Origin: an uncultured Gemmatimonadaceae bacterium
GTDB lineage: Bacteria; Gemmatimonadota; Gemmatimonadetes; Gemmatimonadales; Gemmatimonadaceae
Reading direction: 5' to 3'
NCBI GenBank assembly: GCA_963843845.1
Contig: CAWJMB010000002.1
Coordinates: 2,656,001-2,720,000, forward strand
Length of the DNA: 64,000 bases
The position numbers and the translations under genes are program-made. The notes beneath the pieces were generated by a model that was given only the letters and a program-made list of their open reading frames with translations, was not told the DNA's origin and did no database searches. Below are positions 59,040 through 64,000 of the stretch, one piece after another (within the stretch, counting starts at the first letter, position 1; the number at the start of each line of letters is the position of its first letter).

Positions 59040-59941
59040 GGCGTGCGCTCGACGGCCACGCGAACGTCGACCGAGTCGATGCGCGGCGCGCCACGCCGAT
59101 CGCCGGCCGCCGGTGCGTCCGCTCGCAGCACGATCCCGATCTCCCGCACTCGCGCGAGCGACGCCGCGTCGAGCGGACCTCCCGCCGGGCCGCCTGACGC
59201 GGCGCCGGCGGAGTCACGTCCGCCGACCGAGAGCCCGGCCGGCGACCCCGGACCGCGCAACGGCCCCGCGACCGGCTGCACGCCGCTCCACGCGCTCCCA
59301 TCCCACTCGCGCTGGCCGAGATACCAGCGGCCGTCCGACGCACGATAGTGCTGCCAGCGCACCCGGCGCAGCAGGCGCACGGGCGAGCCGACCGCTGCGC
59401 CCGCGGCGAGTGGCGCGGTGATCCGCACGCGAAGCCGCGCGCGTCCCGCGTCGCTCGGCCGGAGCAGCGGCGAGGCGCCGCACGCACCGACGCTGCTCCC
59501 GACCGATTCGATCGTCGCGCTCGACCAGCTGTCGGTCGGCGCGTCGTGGACGAGCATCAGGTCGCCGCTCTGCGGGGGCGACGTCCACCACGACAGCGTC
59601 GGTGGGTCGAGCGACAGCGGGGGGAGGTCGACGGTCCGCGCGTCGGGCATGCCGCAGACGACCGACGCGCCGAGCGTCGAGCGAACGTCGATCAGCGTGT
59701 CGGTGAGTGCCACCACGTCGCTCGCCACGAGCGAGTCGGCGCGCGCCGAGAGCGGACGCAGCGACGCGCGCATGGCGTCGGCGCCGGCGCGCAGTTGCAC
59801 GCGCGCCGCGTGTCGAGCGTCGAGCGACGCGTACATCCGCCACTGCCGCGCGAGCACGCCCGTCAGCCCCGCCAGCAGCACGGCGAGCAGCGTGAGCGCG
59901 ACGAGCAGCTCGACGAGGGTGTAGCCTCGGCGCCCGGTCAC
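59036..59941 (-). CDS. PilW-like minor pilin
   Basis: RRG/YTLVELLVAL prepilin motif. Confidence 0.75.
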   Translation of the reverse strand: MTGRRGYTLVELLVALTLLAVLLAGLTGVLARQWRMYASLDARHAARVQLRAGADAMRASLRPLSARADSLVASDVVALTDTLIDVRSTLGASVVCGMPDARTVDLPPLSLDPPTLSWWTSPPQSGDLMLVHDAPTDSWSSATIESVGSSVGACGASPLLRPSDAGRARLRVRITAPLAAGAAVGSPVRLLRRVRWQHYRASDGRWYLGQREWDGSAWSGVQPVAGPLRGPGSPAGLSVGGRDSAGAASGGPAGGPLDAASLARVREIGIVLRADAPAAGDRRGAPRIDSVDVRVAVERTP

Positions 59942-60315
59942 GGCTCGGACGGCACGACGGTGGTCATCGTCAGCAGCGGCCGTCCCTCCGACCGCACGCT
60001 GTCGGCGAGCAGGCACACCGAATCCGCCACCCACACGTGCCACGACTCGCTCAGCGGCCCCGCGATCCGTGTGCCGCTCGACGCGCGACAGCCGCTCGCC
60101 ACGACCGATTCGGCGCGCGCCGAGACGACCGCGGCCGCGTCCGTGGCGCGGCGCGCGAGCGAGTCGGCGTGCAGCAGCGCCGACGAGCTCCCCGCGAGCG
60201 CGAGCGCGCCGACCGTGAGCACGCCGAGCGCGACGAGCAGCTCGACGAGCGTGAGTCCCGATCGCGCGACGCGCGAAGGAGCAGGACGTGAGCGTGCGGT
60301 GTGCGAGCGGTGCAT
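59938..60315 (-). CDS. PilV-like minor pilin
   Basis: RSG/LTLVELLVAL prepilin motif. Confidence 0.75.
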   Translation of the reverse strand: MHRSHTARSRPAPSRVARSGLTLVELLVALGVLTVGALALAGSSSALLHADSLARRATDAAAVVSARAESVVASGCRASSGTRIAGPLSESWHVWVADSVCLLADSVRSEGRPLLTMTTVVPSEP

Positions 60316-60353
60316 GCCGCAGAGAGTGCGACCGCCCGCCGCGCGCTACCGCA

Positions 60354-61556
60354 TCATTTCACCGCGGCGCGTACCGATTCGTTGCCGCCCCGGCCGCCTC
60401 GCGCGCGGTCGGCCGCGTCTGGCCCGACCGCGGCGTGTCCGGAGCGCCCGCTCGCCTGCGGCAGCACGACGACGAACGCGGCGCCGCCTTCACGCGCGCG
60501 CTGCACCCACACCGCCCCGCCTGACGCGTCGACGATGCGCGCGACGACCGCGAGCCCGAGCCCCGTGCCTGCTCCGACACTCTTCGTCGTGTAGAACGGA
60601 TCGAACACGCGCTCGGCGTCCTCGGCGGGCACGCCCGGCCCGGAGTCGGCGACGACGATCTGCACGACCGTCTCCGGCGCCTGCGGCGCGCCCGAGAGCC
60701 ACTCGACCACGCGCCGGTGCGGGCGGTGAGGGATGTACTCGCCGGGCGCGTCCCCGGCGCGGCCGCGCACCGCACTCAGCTCGGCGAGCGGCACGGTTCG
60801 GGTGCGGAGTGCCACGCGCCCCGTCCGATCCGTCGCGTCGGCGGCGTTCAGCAGCAGGTTGACGAAGACCTGCTCCAGCTCGGGCCGCTCGCCGAACACG
60901 AGCGGCGTCGCCGTATCGAGCTCCTCGTCGACCTGCACGCGGCGAAGCACGCCCTGATCGGCGAGCAGGCGTCGCACGTCGGCGAGCACCGCGTTCACGT
61001 CGATCGCCGTCGGCGTCACGCGCCGGGGACGCGCGAAATCGAGCAGGCCGCGCACGATGCGGTCGATGCGCTCCGTCTCTCGTTCGAGCGCGTCGATGAC
61101 GACCGCGGCATCGGGTGCGGCCGCGGTGCGCGAGCGGAGCACGTGCGCGTAGCCGGCGATCGCGGCGAGCGGATTGCCGACCTCGTGCGCGATCCCCGCC
61201 GCCATGTGGCCGACGGTCGCCATCTTCTCCACGCGCGCCCGCTGCGCCTCGGCGGCACGGAGCTGCTCGGTCAGGTCGCTCATCGGCATGACGACCTCGC
61301 GGCGCGACCAGCGCACGGACCACCGGCCGGCGAGCCACGCGCCGATCGCGCCCCACACCACCGCGGTCGCGACGACCACGGCGAGCGCCTGCACCGCGCC
61401 GGCGAGTTCGTCGATCGCGGAGTAGGCGACGAGCCACGCGGCCACGCCGGCCCCGATGCCGGCGAGCGCCGCACACGCCGCGAGCGCCGCGACGCGCCGC
61501 GTGAGGGGACGGACGAGAGTGCGGGCGGGATCGCCACGCTCGGCGGTGGATGCCAT
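60354..61556 (-). CDS. Sensor histidine kinase with two TM helices
   Basis: IAHEVGNP, QVFVNLLLNA, DSGPG, FDPFYTTK, GTGLGL. Confidence 0.9.
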   Translation of the reverse strand: MASTAERGDPARTLVRPLTRRVAALAACAALAGIGAGVAAWLVAYSAIDELAGAVQALAVVVATAVVWGAIGAWLAGRWSVRWSRREVVMPMSDLTEQLRAAEAQRARVEKMATVGHMAAGIAHEVGNPLAAIAGYAHVLRSRTAAAPDAAVVIDALERETERIDRIVRGLLDFARPRRVTPTAIDVNAVLADVRRLLADQGVLRRVQVDEELDTATPLVFGERPELEQVFVNLLLNAADATDRTGRVALRTRTVPLAELSAVRGRAGDAPGEYIPHRPHRRVVEWLSGAPQAPETVVQIVVADSGPGVPAEDAERVFDPFYTTKSVGAGTGLGLAVVARIVDASGGAVWVQRAREGGAAFVVVLPQASGRSGHAAVGPDAADRARGGRGGNESVRAAVK

Positions 61557-61613
61557 GGCGACGGGACGATCGACGCCGTCGTGGCACGCGGCAAGGGGGA
61601 GCGACGACGCGGC

Positions 61614-61645
61614 AAAGGGGCGCCACCCTGAGGTGACACCCCCTT
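61614..61645 (-). terminator. Intrinsic terminator after pilA
   Basis: GGGGGTGTCACC-TCAG-GGTGGCGCCCC followed by TTT on the minus strand. Confidence 0.6.
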
Positions 61646-61661
61646 CCCGCACAGCGCCGAG

Positions 61662-61695
61662 CGTCAGGCGATCGTCAGGCGATCGTCAGCCGATC
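61662..61695. repeat. 11-bp tandem repeat (CGTCAGGCGAT, about 3 copies)
   Basis: Read directly, downstream of the pilA stop. Confidence 0.7.
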
Positions 61696-61709
61696 ATCCC
61701 CACAGTCGA

Positions 61710-62117
61710 TCAGCGGCAGTCCGGGGCGCCGTCCTGCGTCGCGCCGCCCGCGTTCGAGGTCGCCGCGGCGCCCGTTCCGGCGAAGATGTTGCACGAGCCC
61801 GTGACGGACGGATTCGTCACCTTGGCCGACCACCCGGTCGGGCCGCCGGCGATGTTGCCGACCGGCATCACGTTGCCCTGGCTGACCGTGTAGCGCCCCG
61901 TGAGCGAGCTGCCGGCGCCGTAGTAGCCGCTGTCGGCGAAGAACGCTTCCTGGACGTTCACGAGGTTCTTCAGGTCGGCCTTCATCGACGCGATGTACGC
62001 CTTCTCCTTCGTCGACGAGAACTTCGGGATCGCGATCGCGGCGAGGATGCCGATGATGACGACGACGATCAGGAGCTCGATGAGGGTGAAGCCCTTGCGG
62101 TTCTTGTTCTGCGACAT
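61710..62117 (-). CDS. pilA: Type IVa major pilin
   Basis: RKG/FTLIELLIVVVIIGILAAIAIPKF; C-terminal Cys pair. Confidence 0.9.
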   Translation of the reverse strand: MSQNKNRKGFTLIELLIVVVIIGILAAIAIPKFSSTKEKAYIASMKADLKNLVNVQEAFFADSGYYGAGSSLTGRYTVSQGNVMPVGNIAGGPTGWSAKVTNPSVTGSCNIFAGTGAAATSNAGGATQDGAPDCR

Positions 62118-62290
62118 TGCGGTTCTCCGTGCGGGGGTGAGGGGTCGTGCGAGGAAGGCGTCGGGCGGTTCGATGTGCATTCGATGCGCTCTCGAACCCG
62201 TTTCTAGTGATCGGCAGTTCGGCGCACGGACTTGAGCGGCGTGTCGCTCGTCGTGGGGCGCGGCCGGCGCTGCGTCGCGACGCTCGGTAT

Positions 62291-62307
62291 GGCAGCGCCT
62301 GTGCCGA
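62291..62307 (-). promoter_or_regulatory. Sigma-54 (-24/-12) promoter of pilA
   Basis: TCGGCACAGGCGCTGCC has GG-N10-GC with GGCAC; lies between pilR and pilA. Confidence 0.65.
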
Positions 62308-62460
62308 CTCGCGCACGACACGCTAACGCGCTATCTCCGAACGACTTACATCATTTCGACGCGCGTCGGACCATTCCAACGCGTGCCGCGTCGTGCACGA
62401 TCTCTCGCACGTTGCGGCAGTCGGCGCGTCCCGCCGTCCGGCCGGCGCGTCGCGCCTCGA

Positions 62461-63828
62461 TCAGCCGTCGATGCCGTAGCGCGTCAGCTTGCGATACAGC
62501 GTCGACGGGTCGATGCCGAGCGCGTCGGCCGCGCGACTCTTGTTGCCGCTCTCGTTCTGCAGCACCCACGTCACGTACGCGCGCTCGATCGCCTCGAGCG
62601 TCGGCGTCGCGGCGGGCTTCTCCGACACGAACGGCTCCGCGGCACGCGCGCTCACGCGCGCCGGGAGCGCGCCGACGTCGATGACGTCGCCCGCCGAGAG
62701 GATCGCGGCGCGCTCGAGCGCGTTCTCCAGCTCGCGAACGTTGCCCGGCCAGTCGTAGTGCAGCAGCGCGTCGAGCGCGTCGGCGCTCAGCGCCTTCGGA
62801 CGTGCGCCGCGCAGCGCCGCCGTCCGCGCGAGGAACGCCTCGGCGAGCAGCGGCACGTCGTCGCGGCGGTCGCGCAGCGGCGGCAGGTGGACGGTGATGA
62901 CGTTCAGTCGGTAGTACAGATCGCCGCGAAACCGGCCGCGCTTCACCTCGTCCTCGAGGTCGCGGTTCGTCGCGGCGACGAGGCGCGCGTCGACCGCGAC
63001 GGGCTCGGTCGCGCCGACCGGGATGACTTCGCGCTCCTGCAGCACGCGCAGCAGCTTCACCTGCGTCGCCGCCGTCGTCTCGCCGATCTCGTCGAGGAAG
63101 AACGTGCCGCCGGTCGCCGCGGCGAACAGGCCGTGCTTGTCTCTCACCGCGCCGGTGAACGAGCCCTTCACGTGGCCGAACAGCTCGCTCTCGAGCAACC
63201 CTTCGGGGAGCGCGCCGCAGTTCACCGACCGGAACGCCCCGCGCGCGCGTGACGATCGCTCGTGCACCCAACGCGCGACGACCTCCTTGCCGGTACCGCT
63301 CTCCCCGGTCACGAGCACCGTGCTGTCGCTCGGCGCGACGGTCTCGACGAGGCGGAGGACGTCGCGCCACACGCGGCTCCTGCCTAACGGCGTGGCGCTC
63401 CGGTCGCCGCGGTCGCGACGCGCGATCTCCTGCTTCGGCATGACGTGCTCGACGCGCGCACCGCGGTGCTCCGCCGCGCGCCGCACGGTCGTCACCAGCT
63501 CGTCGTTGCGGAACGGCTTCTGGAGGTAGTAGTACGCGCCGTCGTTCACCGCGCCGATCGCGCTCTGCAGCGTCGCCTGCGCCGTCATCAGGATCACCGG
63601 CGTCGCCGCGTCGTGTCGCCGCGCCTCCGCGAGGATCTGCAGGCCGTCGACTCCCGGCATCCGGACGTCGCTCACGACGACGTCGGGGCGCAGGCTCCCG
63701 ATCCGCTCCAGCCCCGCCCGTCCGCCGTGCGCGGTGTGCACCTCGAAGCCTTCGCCCTTCAGCAGGATGCGGAGCGTGTCGAGGATCGACGTCTCGTCGT
63801 CGACGATGAGGACGCGGGGGGCGGTCAT
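62461..63828 (-). CDS. Sigma-54-dependent response regulator, PilR-like
   Basis: Canonical receiver (VDDE, SDVRMP), [17 protein letters not shown]; adjacent to pilA. Confidence 0.85.
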   Translation of the reverse strand: MTAPRVLIVDDETSILDTLRILLKGEGFEVHTAHGGRAGLERIGSLRPDVVVSDVRMPGVDGLQILAEARRHDAATPVILMTAQATLQSAIGAVNDGAYYYLQKPFRNDELVTTVRRAAEHRGARVEHVMPKQEIARRDRGDRSATPLGRSRVWRDVLRLVETVAPSDSTVLVTGESGTGKEVVARWVHERSSRARGAFRSVNCGALPEGLLESELFGHVKGSFTGAVRDKHGLFAAATGGTFFLDEIGETTAATQVKLLRVLQEREVIPVGATEPVAVDARLVAATNRDLEDEVKRGRFRGDLYYRLNVITVHLPPLRDRRDDVPLLAEAFLARTAALRGARPKALSADALDALLHYDWPGNVRELENALERAAILSAGDVIDVGALPARVSARAAEPFVSEKPAATPTLEAIERAYVTWVLQNESGNKSRAADALGIDPSTLYRKLTRYGIDG

Positions 63829-63865
63829 ACGGCAGAGACGAACGGACGTGACCGCGCGTCAACAG

Positions 63866-64000
63866 TCAGCCGCCCTCGCCGCCCTCGCCGCTCTCGCCGC
63901 TCTCGCCGCTCTCGCCGCTCTCGCCGTTCTCACCGTTCGCGTGCGGCAGCACGAGCGTGAACCGCGCGCCGGCTCTCTCGCCGCCCGCGTCGACGAGCAC
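63866..64000 (-). CDS. C-terminus of a histidine kinase, probably PilS-like (truncated by window edge)
   Basis: VLVDAGGERAGARFTLVLP followed by a GE(S/N/G) tail encoded by a 9-bp tandem repeat. Confidence 0.6.
   Translation of the reverse strand: MLVDAGGERAGARFTLVLPHANGENGESGESGESGESGEGGEGG

Noticed and set aside
61662..61695. Short repeats as a CRISPR array
   Set aside because: Units are 11 bp with no spacers, and no cas genes are present.

Overview
High-GC (~70-75%) bacterial chromosomal segment, probably Gemmatimonadota (inferred from gene content and style only). It is mostly housekeeping genes: dacB, moeA, an ETF/acyl-CoA dehydrogenase/FadF cluster, an isocitrate dehydrogenase-like gene, cstA, the F0+delta half of the ATP synthase operon, gcvT, argF, hslUV, xerC, trmFO, topA, aroKC and a type IV pilus locus (pilR, pilA, minor pilins, pilMNOPQ). 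Many conserved genes are broken by single-base indels, most likely sequencing or assembly errors, so coordinates of those genes are approximate. Two signals stand out. (1) A ~55% GC cassette at about 27.9-30.7 kb contains an unannotated 22-aa ORF (MSLILSIIVDGISALSGYPIWN) directly upstream of a multi-TM HD-GYP phosphodiesterase. It is preceded by an uncharacterised protein and a pseudo-receiver sigma-54 activator, and converges on a SARP/BTAD-ATPase regulator. This is a candidate peptide to c-di-GMP signalling system. (2) The octamer CGTTAGGC occurs 11 times, forcing rare TTA codons into core genes and also appearing between genes, which suggests a DNA-level signal (uptake-, Chi- or HIP-like). 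A Rex-type operator precedes the atp genes and a sigma-54 promoter precedes pilA.
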